DNA of 64,000 nucleotides from an uncultured Actinomycetes bacterium (GTDB lineage Bacteria; Actinomycetota; Acidimicrobiia; IMCC26256; PALSA-610): NCBI GenBank assembly GCA_963716525.1, contig OY970315.1, positions 3,612,578 to 3,676,577 of the forward strand, read 5' to 3'. Shown piece by piece: positions 1 to 9,656 of this stretch (position 1 is its first letter; each line of letters starts with the position of its first letter). The notes under the pieces were generated by a model. It saw only the letters and a program-made list of their open reading frames with translations, ran no database searches and was not told where the DNA came from. The position numbers and the translations under genes were made by a program.

Positions 1-348
1 ACCACCGCGTCGATGGTGTGCGAGGTGCACGCCGACCCGGGCACGCCGGCGCGCGCGTGGTGCGCGCTCGCGTCGCCGTGCATCGCGGTCTACGTGCCGG
101 TGTTCCCGCCCGCGATGCCCGCGGCGCTCGGCGAGGCCGCGGTGTGGCACGCCTTCGACCGGCTGCGCGAGCGTGTGGAGTCCGATGGCGCCGAGTTGCC
201 CCGGATCCGTGCCGTGCTCGACCCCGTGGAACACGAGCTCTGGGACGAGGCCGAGCGCCAGTGGAGCGCGGGCACGATCGACCCCGCCTGGCCCGACCAG
301 GCCTGGTCGACAGTCGCCGCGGCGCTCGAGGCGCTGGCCACGCAGTAA
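1..348 (+). CDS. C-terminal part of a peptidase C69 (dipeptidase/secernin-like) family protein, 5' truncated by the window edge
   Basis: Frame 1 open from base 1: TTASMV...[15 protein letters not shown] resembles the C69 family C-terminal motifs. Confidence 0.55.
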   Translation, partial: TTASMVCEVHADPGTPARAWCALASPCIAVYVPVFPPAMPAALGEAAVWHAFDRLRERVESDGAELPRIRAVLDPVEHELWDEAERQWSAGTIDPAWPDQAWSTVAAALEALATQ

Positions 349-397
349 CGGCCGCGGTCGCGGAGTGCCCCCGCCGCCATCTCGGTACTGTCCGGGT

Positions 398-2480
398 ATG
401 AACCGCCTGGCGGACGAGACGAGCCCATACCTCCGCCAGCACGCCGCCAATCCCGTCGACTGGTACCCGTGGGGCGACGAGGCGTTCGCCGAGGCGCGCC
501 CGGCGCGACGTGCCCGTGTTCCTGTCGATCGGCTACTCGGCGTGCCACTGGTGCCATGTGATGGCCCACGAGAGCTTCGAGGACCCGCAGACCGCGGCGG
601 TGATGAACGAGCTCTTCGTGAACGTGAAGGTCGACCGGGAAGAGCGGCCCGACGTCGACGCGGTCTACATGCAGGCGACGCAGACGATGACCGGCCACGG
701 CGGCTGGCCCATGAGCGTGTGGTTGCGGCCGGACGGGCGGCCGTTCCACGCCGGCACGTACTTCCCCAACGACGATCGCCAGGGAATGCCGGGCTTCGTC
801 CGCATCTGCGGGGCGGTCGCGGACGCATGGCGCACGAAACGCGACGCGGTCGACGATGTCGCGGGCCGGCTCACCGCCGCGATCGAGGGCGCGTTGCCAC
901 ACACCGACCGCAAGGCTCCGATCGACGCCGCGACGTTCGACGCGGCCGTCGACACGCTGTGGGAGTCGTTCGATCCACAGTGGGGCGGCTTCGGGCCGGC
1001 ACCGAAGTTCCCACCCGCCGTCACCCTGTCCTGGCTGTGCGGGCGGGTCGCCCGGCTCTCCGACACCGACCGCGCCGAGCGGGCGCGCACCATGGTGACG
1101 ACCACGCTCGACGCCATGGCCGCCGGCGGCATGTACGACCAGATCTGCGGCGGCTTCGCGCCGCTACTCGGTCGACGGTCACTGGCTCGTGCCCCACTTC
1201 GAGAAGATGCTCTACGACAACGCCTTGCTCGTCGCGCGCCTACACCGACGGCTGGCGCCTCACCCGCAACGGGCGCTACGCGCGGATCGTCGCCGAGACG
1301 ATCGACTGGACGCTGCGCGACCTGCTCCACCCCGACGGCGGCTTCTACGCCGCGTACGACGCCGACAGCGAGGGTGTCGAGGGCAAGTACTACTGCTGGA
1401 GCCTGGACGAGCTGCGCGAGGTCGCGGCACCCGACGCCGACAAGGTGAGCGACTTCTACGGCGTCACCGAAGCCGGCAACTTCGTCGACCCGCACACGGG
1501 CTTTCGCGGCAACGTGCTGCATCTCGCTCGCCGCGAGGCCGAGCCCGACGCGACGATCGTGGCGGCACGGGAGCGTCTCGCGGCCCGGCGAGCGCTGCGC
1601 GTCGCACCCGGGCTCGACGACAAAGTGATCCTGTCGTGGAACGCGCTCGATGGTCCGCGCGCTCGCCGAAGCCGGCGCCGCGTTCCGGCGGAGCGACTGG
1701 ATGGACGCGGCCCGCACCACGGCCGGCTTCCTCCTCACGCGCCTGCGGCGCCCGTCCGACGGCCGGCTGCTCCGATCATGGCAGGCGTGTGCCCGTCCCG
1801 AGCCCGATCACGGCAGTGACGGCTGCGCGCGCCATCTCGCCTATGCCGAGGACTACGCCGCGCTCGTCGACGTGCTGGTGCGGCTCGCGGAGCTCGATGC
1901 GCCGTCGTGGCTCGAGCCGGCTGAAGCCGTGGCCCGCGACCTCGTCACCCGTTTCTACGACGACGAGCGCGGCGGGCTGTTCAGCACCGGTGCCGACGCG
2001 CCACCGCTCATCGTGCGCACCAAGGACCAGATGGACGACGCCACACCGGCCGCGTCGTCAGTGGCCGCCGGCGCGTTCCTGCGGCTGCATGCGCTCACCG
2101 GCGAGGAGCGCTACCGGTCGCTGGCCGCCGAGGTCGTCGCATCGGTTGCGCCGTTCGCCGAGCGCTACCCGCGGGGCTTCGCGGCCGCGCTCGACGCCGC
2201 GGCCTTCGATGTCGATCCGCCGCGCGAGATCGTGATCGTCGGCGCAGCCGACGACGGTGCCACGGACGCGCTGCGCAACGAGGTGGCGTCGCGTGTGTTG
2301 CCCGCCACGGTGTCGGTGTGCGTGACGCCCGGCGACCGGGGCGCGGAGGGGCTCGTAACGTCGCTCGTCGAGGGCCGGAGTCTGGTCGACGGCCAAGCCG
2401 CGGCCTACGTGTGCGAGCGCTACGTGTGCGCCGCGCCGGTGACCGAAGCGGACGCGCTCGGCGCGCTCCTCGACCGGTGA
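398..2480 (+). CDS. Thioredoxin-domain YyaL/SSP411 (DUF255) family protein, split by several frameshifts
   Basis: [74 protein letters not shown] and AYVCERYVC are spread over ORFs 173/510/1189/1650. Confidence 0.92.
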
Positions 2481-2481
2481 T

Positions 2482-3159
2482 TCAGCGGGCGGCGTAGGTG
2501 CCGGACTCGAGCGCCTCGGCGACCGCCCACGCGAACGCGATCATCGCCTGACCCTTCGTGGCGTCGTGCTGGCCGACGAGGCCCACCACCTTGGCGCCAC
2601 CCGTGGCCTTCACGCCCGACGCGTCGAGCACTGGCAGCACCGGGATCTTGCGCCCCGACACCCTCACGGTGAACGCGCGGTCGTCGTAGTGCTGGTCGCA
2701 GCCGAAGCGCTTCGCGAGGCGGCGCCCCCACGCCCGCTCCTCACCGTTCGGCGAGTAGCCCGGCCGGGGTACGACGCTCGAGTACGAGTTGAGCAGCGCG
2801 TAGATCGACGGTTGTGCGAACCGCACGGCGACGAGGACGTCCTCGTCGGGGAACGAGATGGCGGCCCGCCGGGCCAGCTCGCCGGTCATGCCCTGCAGCA
2901 CCGACGAGGCGACCTTGTTCCGTCGTGTGGCGCCGAGACCCCAGAGAATCGCGGGTGTGCCGCCGATGCGTTCGAGCGAACCGAACATGAAGCCCGTCAT
3001 GCCGCCCTCGTCGTGCGCGAGCACCACGAGCGGGAACTGCTCGACGTGCTGGTCGAGGACCGCGTCGCGGATCGACAGGCCAACGGATTGCAGGAGTTGC
3101 GAGAACTCGTCCAGCTCAGCGGGCTTGAGAGAGACCGAGTCGCGGGATTCGACCTTCAT
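2482..3159 (-). CDS. Conserved hypothetical protein, possibly GNAT-like fold
   Basis: 225-aa ORF from ATG 3159 with GGAGG upstream; protein-like composition and high-GC codon bias. Confidence 0.7.
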   Translation of the reverse strand: MKVESRDSVSLKPAELDEFSQLLQSVGLSIRDAVLDQHVEQFPLVVLAHDEGGMTGFMFGSLERIGGTPAILWGLGATRRNKVASSVLQGMTGELARRAAISFPDEDVLVAVRFAQPSIYALLNSYSSVVPRPGYSPNGEERAWGRRLAKRFGCDQHYDDRAFTVRVSGRKIPVLPVLDASGVKATGGAKVVGLVGQHDATKGQAMIAFAWAVAEALESGTYAAR

Positions 3160-3292
3160 TGGCCCTCCATTGTGGCCCAAGCGCGCCCCGAACACAAAGT
3201 CACGGGCGTCACACGGGTCACAATCCCGGGCCAGCGACCGCTCGGTGGCGACCGGCGGACCGGTTTCGGGCCGCGATGCCGGCGGGCGTGGG

Positions 3293-4504
3293 TCAGCGGC
3301 CGCGACGCTTCACGCCGGTGCCGCGCTCGAGCGCGCACTCCATGCAGAGCACCATGGCGCGCTTGGTGTTCACGCGTACGAGGCAGCTGCTGCAGAACGG
3401 CCGCTCGCATGCCCCGCAGGACAGGCGCGTGAGCTGCGCGGGGTGCCGCGTGCACTGCGTGAGCGTCTTGCTCACCCGCCCGGCGCCGCGTGCACCGGCC
3501 CGGGAGGCGCGTTCCTGTGCGGCCTCGGCCCCCGCCGGGTCCTCGGCCTGCTTGGGCACGAGGTGGAGATGCCCGGTGCTCCAGAGGGTGGCGCCGTGCA
3601 CCGTCGCGAGCCAGGCGTCGAGCGTGTCGTCGAACACGATGATCACCCGGCGCCGGTCGGTCTCGGTCCGGAGCTTGTCCAGCAGCAGGTCGTGGACGGC
3701 CGGGGCCACCGCGTAGAGCAGGTCGCCGTCCAGCACCACGGGCCGGTTCTCGTCGCCGAACAGCTCCTGGATGCGCACCGCGGGCAAGGCGACGCCGTCG
3801 GCGGCGTCGATGCGGGCGACCATGTCGCGGCCTTCGGCCTCGATGCGGTCGAGCTCACTGCGCAAGGCGACGGCGCGGTCGGGGGTCGGGTGGCGGGCGA
3901 GCAGCTCGCCGGCGTAGGCCCGGAGCTCGGCCGCGGGGGCCGGGCCCGAGAGGTGGCCGAGGATCTCGGCGGTCCGGGCCCGCAGGTCGATCTCCCGGCT
4001 GCGCGATTCGGCCTGGCCATCGCGCACGGTCTCGGCGAACGCGTCCCATTCGACGGCGAGCGAACCGGCCGCGCCGGCGAGCTCCTGCGCGCCCACGGGG
4101 TCGCAGGCATGGCCCATGGCCGCGAGCGAATCCTCGATCTCCCGGGCCCGCGCCGCGAGATCCAGCACACGGTCGACGAGCGTGTCGCGCTCGGCCGGCT
4201 CCAAGTGGTCGGCGTGGCGGCGCGAGTCGTTGAGCTCGTCGAACGCGTCGGCACCGATCACGAGCGGCGGGATCGGCAGGGCGTCGGCGAGCCAGGCGAC
4301 GACCTCGGCCTGGGGTCCGAAGCCCGCCACCTGGGTGACCGTCGGACCGATGCGCACGACCTCGTGCGGTGAGCCGGGCTTGTGGACCTCGATCGTCTCA
4401 CTGGCCTGCGGCGCGGGTTCGGTGGTGGTCATGACCTTCCAGGGTGTCCGCACCGGTGGCGGTTCGGGCAGTTCGTCGGCGTCGCGGAGTCGCAACCTGA
4501 GCAT
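3293..4504 (-). CDS. Hypothetical coiled-coil protein with C-terminal B-box-like zinc finger
   Basis: CTRH...CGACERPFCSSC...CMEC at the C-terminus; helical middle region; start codon uncertain. Confidence 0.65.
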   Translation of the reverse strand: MLRLRLRDADELPEPPPVRTPWKVMTTTEPAPQASETIEVHKPGSPHEVVRIGPTVTQVAGFGPQAEVVAWLADALPIPPLVIGADAFDELNDSRRHADHLEPAERDTLVDRVLDLAARAREIEDSLAAMGHACDPVGAQELAGAAGSLAVEWDAFAETVRDGQAESRSREIDLRARTAEILGHLSGPAPAAELRAYAGELLARHPTPDRAVALRSELDRIEAEGRDMVARIDAADGVALPAVRIQELFGDENRPVVLDGDLLYAVAPAVHDLLLDKLRTETDRRRVIIVFDDTLDAWLATVHGATLWSTGHLHLVPKQAEDPAGAEAAQERASRAGARGAGRVSKTLTQCTRHPAQLTRLSCGACERPFCSSCLVRVNTKRAMVLCMECALERGTGVKRRGR

Positions 4505-4746
4505 CGTCGACCTCGGTTCTCGGGCCGAGCGGCACACATCGCATGCACACCGCCGGGCCCGCGGTGACGTTGACCGCCGCAGTGCGCGGCGGCCAGGGCT
4601 GGTCTGCCGGCCGTCGCGATGTGACGGGCGGGCATCGCGCCGGTCAGGGCCGCGCACGATTGCGACGTTTGTACCATTCGCCCGGGCAGGCGGCAACGGC
4701 CGCGCCGGGCGATGTGGCGAGGGTCGCACCGCCCTACGCTCGGCCC

Positions 4747-5652
4747 GTGACCTTGACCCCGCAGTCGCGCCGAGCGCGCCGCCTCGCCGCCGCCCTCGAA
4801 CCCTGCATCGGGCAGGTGTACTTCGCCCCCGAGGCGCATGTGGCCTACGAGCAGCTCGGTTTCGGGCCGAGCCCCGCCACCTTCGGCGGCGTTGCGATGC
4901 CCGACGGGGCCGCGTACTTCACGAGCCGCGGTGCGCTGATGGGTCGCGTCGCACCGACCGTCGTCGCGGCCGCGTTCGCGGTGTTCAACCCCGACGCGGT
5001 CGTGCCCGCGGTCAGCGCTGGCTGGTCGCTCACCGATGATGCGACCATCCGCGGCTGCCGCCGTGCCGCAGGCGGCGCGCAACTCGCACGGGTGCTGCCC
5101 GACGTCGACGAGCGCGACGTGCGCAGCGCCGCCGAGTTGCTCGAACGCGCCGTCGAGCCTCTGACGCCTGCGGGCCGGCCGCTTTTCGCCGGCGCGTGTG
5201 ACCATCTCGGCGAGGATGCCGGCGCCGGGGCGTGGACACGGCTGTTCGAGGTCGGTGACGCGCTGCGCGAGTTTCGCGGCGATTGCCACACCGCGGCGTG
5301 GGTGAGCGCAGGACTCGGCGCCACCGAGATCAGCCTCGTGTCCGAGGCCTACATGGGACTCCCGCCTCGCACGTATGCCCGTAGCCGCGCGTGGTCGGAC
5401 GCGGAGTTCGACGCCGCGGCCGAGCGCGCACGGGCCCGTGGCTGGTTCGACGGGGCCGGCGCACTCACCGCGGCGGGGCGCGCCGCCCGTGAGGAGATCG
5501 AGGTGGCCACCGACCGGCAGGTCGGCCCGGCGCTCGACGCGCTCGGCGACCGCCTCGACGATCTGCTCGCCTGGCTCGAACCGTGGGGTGCTGCCGTGCG
5601 CGGCGCGCACGGCTATCCCGGCGGGCCCGGCGATCTCTGGCCCAATCGCTGA
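4747..5652 (+). CDS. SCO6745 family protein
   Basis: LEPCIGQVYFAPEA, YFTSRGALMG, FAVFNP, LREFRGDCH and RSRAWSDAEFDAA motifs. Confidence 0.8.
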   Translation: MTLTPQSRRARRLAAALEPCIGQVYFAPEAHVAYEQLGFGPSPATFGGVAMPDGAAYFTSRGALMGRVAPTVVAAAFAVFNPDAVVPAVSAGWSLTDDATIRGCRRAAGGAQLARVLPDVDERDVRSAAELLERAVEPLTPAGRPLFAGACDHLGEDAGAGAWTRLFEVGDALREFRGDCHTAAWVSAGLGATEISLVSEAYMGLPPRTYARSRAWSDAEFDAAAERARARGWFDGAGALTAAGRAAREEIEVATDRQVGPALDALGDRLDDLLAWLEPWGAAVRGAHGYPGGPGDLWPNR

Positions 5653-5951
5653 ACCCGTCGCCCCCGGGCCGACCTGCCGGTCGGGCCGCACGCGCCACCC
5701 CGCGCGAATTGCCCGAATTGGCATGACACGAGTTTCCGGCGCCGCCCGGGTACGATGGGTGTCGCCCGCTTGGTGTGCGGCCGCTCGGAGCGATCGTCAC
5801 GTGACCGATCGTCAGGCGCCGTAGAGCAGTGCGCCGACGGGCCGCCGGCCTCACCGAGATCCTTTCGCGGCGCGGGCCGACACAGAGAGAAGGACTGTGA
5901 GGCCCCGAAGCCGCGCCGGCGCGACGGGCCCGGACCGCCACGGAGGACAGC

Positions 5952-6158
5952 ATGGCCAAGCAGCGCACGACCTTCGACAAGCTCCAGAAGGAGCGCAACC
6001 GCAAGGCCAAGCAGGCCGCCAAGCGTGAGCGGCGCCAGAGCGGCAGCGAGACCGGCGGTGTGGGATCACCGGTGTACGACGAGCAGGGCATCCTGCTCGG
6101 CACGCTCGGCGCCGACGGCGAGATCGAGCCCTACGTGCCCGAGCATGCGCTCGACTGA
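5952..6158 (+). CDS. Small basic hypothetical protein
   Basis: GGAGG RBS; MAKQRTTFDKLQKERNRKAKQAAKRERR; strong codon bias. Confidence 0.75.
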   Translation: MAKQRTTFDKLQKERNRKAKQAAKRERRQSGSETGGVGSPVYDEQGILLGTLGADGEIEPYVPEHALD

Positions 6159-6269
6159 GGTCGCGTCACCGGGCCACATCTGACGCTGAACCGCGAAGAC
6201 TGCCGCCGAGCCAGCCGGCGCTCTTGCACACATTGCCTCTCGGGTTCGGGTGATCGCTACGCTGGTCAC

Positions 6270-6344
6270 GAGGTCGTGACTGGCGTCGTGAGGTGGGATT
6301 GACCACCGGGGAGCGTCCTCCGAGTCGTGCCGAACGCCTGGGCC
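6270..6344 (+). promoter_or_regulatory. ZMP/ZTP (pfl) riboswitch
   Basis: GGTCGTGACTGGCG...GGTGGG-attga-CCACCGGGGAGCG...GCCGAACGCCTGGGC matches the pfl consensus; lies directly upstream of glyA. Confidence 0.9.
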
Positions 6345-6365
6345 GTTGTGGAGCGAGGAGCCCCT

Positions 6366-7865
6366 ATGGCCGTCGGCAGCTTGTTGCAGACCTATTTGTC
6401 CCGGTTCGGCGTGAGCATGGAGGGGATGTCGGCCGAGACGATCGGCTTCGCCGCGGCCCTCGACGCGGTCGCTCGCGTCGATCCAGCTATCGCTCAAGCG
6501 ATCGTGGACGAGTTGGTGGATCAGCGAACTCACCTGAAGTTGATCGCCAGCGAGAACTACGCGAGTCCTGAGGTCTTGTTGGCGATGGGGAACTGGCTGA
6601 GCGACAAGTACGCGGAAGGGGCGCCCGGTCATCGTCTGTATGCGGGCTGCGACAACGTCGACGTCATCGAGTCGCGAGCCGACGAACTTGCCTGCGCGCT
6701 GTTCGGCGCGGACCACGCGTACGCGCAGCCGCATAGCGGGATCGACGCGAACTTGGTCGCGTTTTGGGCGGTGCTCTCGCAGCGGGTTGAGTCACCTGCG
6801 CTGGAGCGCCTCACGGCCAGTCACGTGAACGATCTCGCAGACGATGACTGGGAGTCGTTGCGCGAGCAGCTCGTCGGGCAGACGCTGTTGGGTATGTCGT
6901 TGCAGGCAGGTGGGCACCTGACTCACGGCTTTCGTCCGAACATCTCGGGGAAGCTGTTCCGCCACCGCTCGTACGGAGTCGATCCTTCGACGTTTCTCTT
7001 GGACTACGACGAGGTCCGGCGGCGGGCCCACGAGGAACGGCCGCTGATTCTGATCGCCGGTTACAGTTCGTACCCACGGCTCGTGAACTTCCGGGTGTTG
7101 CGGGAGATCGCGGATGAGGTCGGTGCCACGTTCATGGTCGACATGGCGCACTTCGCGGGGCTGGTCGCCGGCAAGGTGCATACCGGCGACTACGACCCCG
7201 TCCCGCACGCGCACATCGTCACGACGACAACCCACAAGACCCTGCGCGGTCCCCGCGGCGGACTTGTCCTTTGCCGCAAGGAACTCGCGGAGTTCGTCGA
7301 CCGCGGGTGTCCGCTGGTACTGGGCGGTCCCCTTCCCCACGTCATGGCGGCCAAGGCGGTGGCGTTGACCGAAGCGTCGCAGCCGCCCTTCCGGGACTAT
7401 GCGGCCGCGGTTGTCGACAACGCGCGGGTCCTCGCCGACGCGTTGATGGCCGCGGGTATTCCTGTCGTGACTGGCGGAACCGACAACCATCTCGTGCTCG
7501 TCGACGTCCGTCACTTCGGTCTCAACGGACGCCAAGCCGAGTCCGCGTGCCGCGCGGCCGGGATCACCTTGAACCGCAACGTCGTCCCCGACGACACCAA
7601 CGGTCCGTGGTACACGAGCGGACTGCGGCTCGGCACTCCCGCGGTCACGACGCTCGGTATGCGAGGCGACGAGATGCGCGAAATCGCGGCGGTACTCGCT
7701 GCTGTCCTTCAAGGCGCGTCCGCCGGTGTCATCACGTCCGGGCCGAATCAAGGCAAGCCATCGCTCGTACAGTTCCGTCTCGACGACAAGATCCTGCGCG
7801 GCGCGCGCTGGAGAGTGGACGACCTCCTCCTTCGACACCCGCTCTACCCCGACATCGAGCTGTAA
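6366..7865 (+). CDS. glyA: Serine hydroxymethyltransferase
   Basis: [65 protein letters not shown]; AGGAG RBS before ATG 6366. Confidence 0.97.
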   Translation: MAVGSLLQTYLSRFGVSMEGMSAETIGFAAALDAVARVDPAIAQAIVDELVDQRTHLKLIASENYASPEVLLAMGNWLSDKYAEGAPGHRLYAGCDNVDVIESRADELACALFGADHAYAQPHSGIDANLVAFWAVLSQRVESPALERLTASHVNDLADDDWESLREQLVGQTLLGMSLQAGGHLTHGFRPNISGKLFRHRSYGVDPSTFLLDYDEVRRRAHEERPLILIAGYSSYPRLVNFRVLREIADEVGATFMVDMAHFAGLVAGKVHTGDYDPVPHAHIVTTTTHKTLRGPRGGLVLCRKELAEFVDRGCPLVLGGPLPHVMAAKAVALTEASQPPFRDYAAAVVDNARVLADALMAAGIPVVTGGTDNHLVLVDVRHFGLNGRQAESACRAAGITLNRNVVPDDTNGPWYTSGLRLGTPAVTTLGMRGDEMREIAAVLAAVLQGASAGVITSGPNQGKPSLVQFRLDDKILRGARWRVDDLLLRHPLYPDIEL

Positions 7866-8217
7866 CGCATCCGGCGCCGAGGGCGGCGACAGCGCGCGCC
7901 CATATCGCGCGCGATTACAGGTGTTCGAACCAGCCCCGTGAGGTTCTTTCGGTGTGGCGCAAGGAAGGGGCGCGCGTCGTGGGATTGTTCTTCTGGTGGC
8001 CTCTACAATCGGTGCGGGTCCGGGAGTGGCTCACCACAAGGACCGGCTGCTGGGGTTGGAGGCCGGTCACCGCGGCTTCGGTCGTCGTCCCTACTTGCCC
8101 TCCCGAACCTGCCGCGCTGCACCGGCGAATCGACGCGGCGGTCAAAGCGTCGCAGACGACGCCGTGCGTTGCGCGTCGGCCCGGTACGTCGTCGGAGACG
8201 ATCCGGGGACGGGTCAG

Positions 8218-8772
8218 ATGAGCGAGACTTGGGCCGTGGATGGCGAGGTGAGGCTGCGACCTGTTCGAGAGACGGAACTGGGCGACCTCGTGCGCCTGCT
8301 CTGGGACCCGAATGCGCCAGGGGAGTACCAGTGGTTTGGGTACCGAATCGACGCGGCGAAGGACATCGAGCGACGCTGGCATCAGGACGGCTTGATTTGC
8401 CGCGATTCGTCGTTCCTCGCAGTCGAAGTTGACGACGGAGCGTGCGCTGGCTGGGTGGATTGGCATCGCATCGCAACGACCGCGAACTTCGAGATCGGCA
8501 TCGCCTTGTTCGCCGCACACCGCGGCCACGGCGTCGGGGCAGAGGCGCAGCGGCAGCTCGTCGAGTATCTGTTCGACACCACGACGGCGCACCGGCTCCA
8601 GGCGGGCACCGAGACGGACAACCTGGCCGAGCAGCGGGCGCTCGAACGGGTTGGCTTCCGACGCGAAGGCGTGCAGCGCGGCCTGTACTTCCGAGCAGGC
8701 CGCTGGCGCGACAGCGTCATGTACGGGCTGCTGCGTGATGACGACCCGGCGCGATCCGCGCACATCGCGTGA
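8218..8772 (+). CDS. RimJ/RimL-type GNAT N-acetyltransferase
   Basis: EIGIALFAAHRGHGVG, HRLQAGTETDNLAEQRALERVGFRREG. Confidence 0.9.
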   Translation: MSETWAVDGEVRLRPVRETELGDLVRLLWDPNAPGEYQWFGYRIDAAKDIERRWHQDGLICRDSSFLAVEVDDGACAGWVDWHRIATTANFEIGIALFAAHRGHGVGAEAQRQLVEYLFDTTTAHRLQAGTETDNLAEQRALERVGFRREGVQRGLYFRAGRWRDSVMYGLLRDDDPARSAHIA

Positions 8773-8894
8773 GGCTGCTGAATCCGCCGTGCACTCGGAT
8801 TACTACGACGCGGACCACCCGCTCCGAACCGCCGAACTGGCGCGAGCCCCAAGGCATACGCATCTGGGCATTTTCCGATCCGCGCGCGACCTCA

Positions 8895-9050
8895 TCCGAC
8901 TGTCCGGCAACGATCACGGCTTTCGTAGCCGAGGGTTTGAACAAGAAGACGATGGTGCTCGAGCGATCGGTCACGCGAAAGGGCGTCTGACCGGGGTGAA
9001 CGTTGTAATTCTGACAACGCAGTGGACCTAAAGGGACAGCTTTCAAACCC
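8895..9050 (+). repeat. att-like module family A, copy 1: left arm GGGTTTGA...ATGGTG (8933-8957), 64-nt spacer, right arm GTGGACC...TCAAACCC (9022-9050)
   Basis: Near-identical to 49077-49248; arms recur separately at 23207-23235 and 23930-23953; outer ends are inverted repeats. Confidence 0.75.
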
Positions 9051-9480
9051 TGACAAGCCGCTGAAATCCCTTGTGCCACAAGGGTTACACGCCTCACGAC
9101 GGGCGCGCACGGTCACTCCGGCGCACCCGAAACAGCCATCGGGAACTGCAGCTTCGCGACCTTGCGAAGAAACGGGACACCATTCAAACCCCGCGCCCGA
9201 ACCGACTCGTGAAGCGCCAACCAAACACATTCGCGGCGCTCCCCCACCGTCCGCGCCCCACCGCACGCAGCGCCGACTTCGTACCGCAGATATCGACGCA
9301 CTCGTCGACCGCTACCGCGCCGGCGCCACCATCAAAGAGCTTGCCGGACGCTTCAGCATAAGCCGCACCACCGTGATGGCGCACCTCGACCGCCTCAACG
9401 TGACGCGACGCGCGGCCAGGAAGCAATGGGACGTCGACATGCTGAGCCGGGCGGCCCGGTTGTACGCCGACGGCCATTCC
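9022..9480 (+). pseudogene. Double-HTH protein family A, truncated by IS21
   Basis: QRRLRTADIDALVDRYRAGATIKELAGRFSISRTTVMAHL; homology to 23207-23764 stops at the IS21 left end. Confidence 0.8.
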
Positions 9481-9656
9481 TGTCGGCGTTCAAGTAATCC
9501 CTCGCGGTGGGGTGGGTTCGTTCGAGTTATCCCTCGCGGGGTCGTTCACGTAATCCATCGCGTGGGCGGTGGTGGTGAGCGGTGTCGTGGGGTCCGTCTG
9601 GTTGGTTCCTTGTCCGTGTAGCCCTCGGCTCGTCGTGTTGGCGAGCGGAGGATCTG

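Noticed and set aside
2566-5724. Long overlapping or antisense ORFs such as 2858-4372 and 4429-5724
   Set aside because: Shadow ORFs typical of high-GC DNA, opposite better-supported genes.
6366-7865. glyA as a LipK-type transaldolase of the BGC
   Set aside because: It has canonical SHMT motifs and a ZTP riboswitch, and lies 16 kb from the cluster.
9022-9055. tRNA gene at GTGGACCTAAAGGGA...TTCAAACCCTGAC
   Set aside because: It only resembles a reverse-complemented tRNA 3' end; no cloverleaf can be built.
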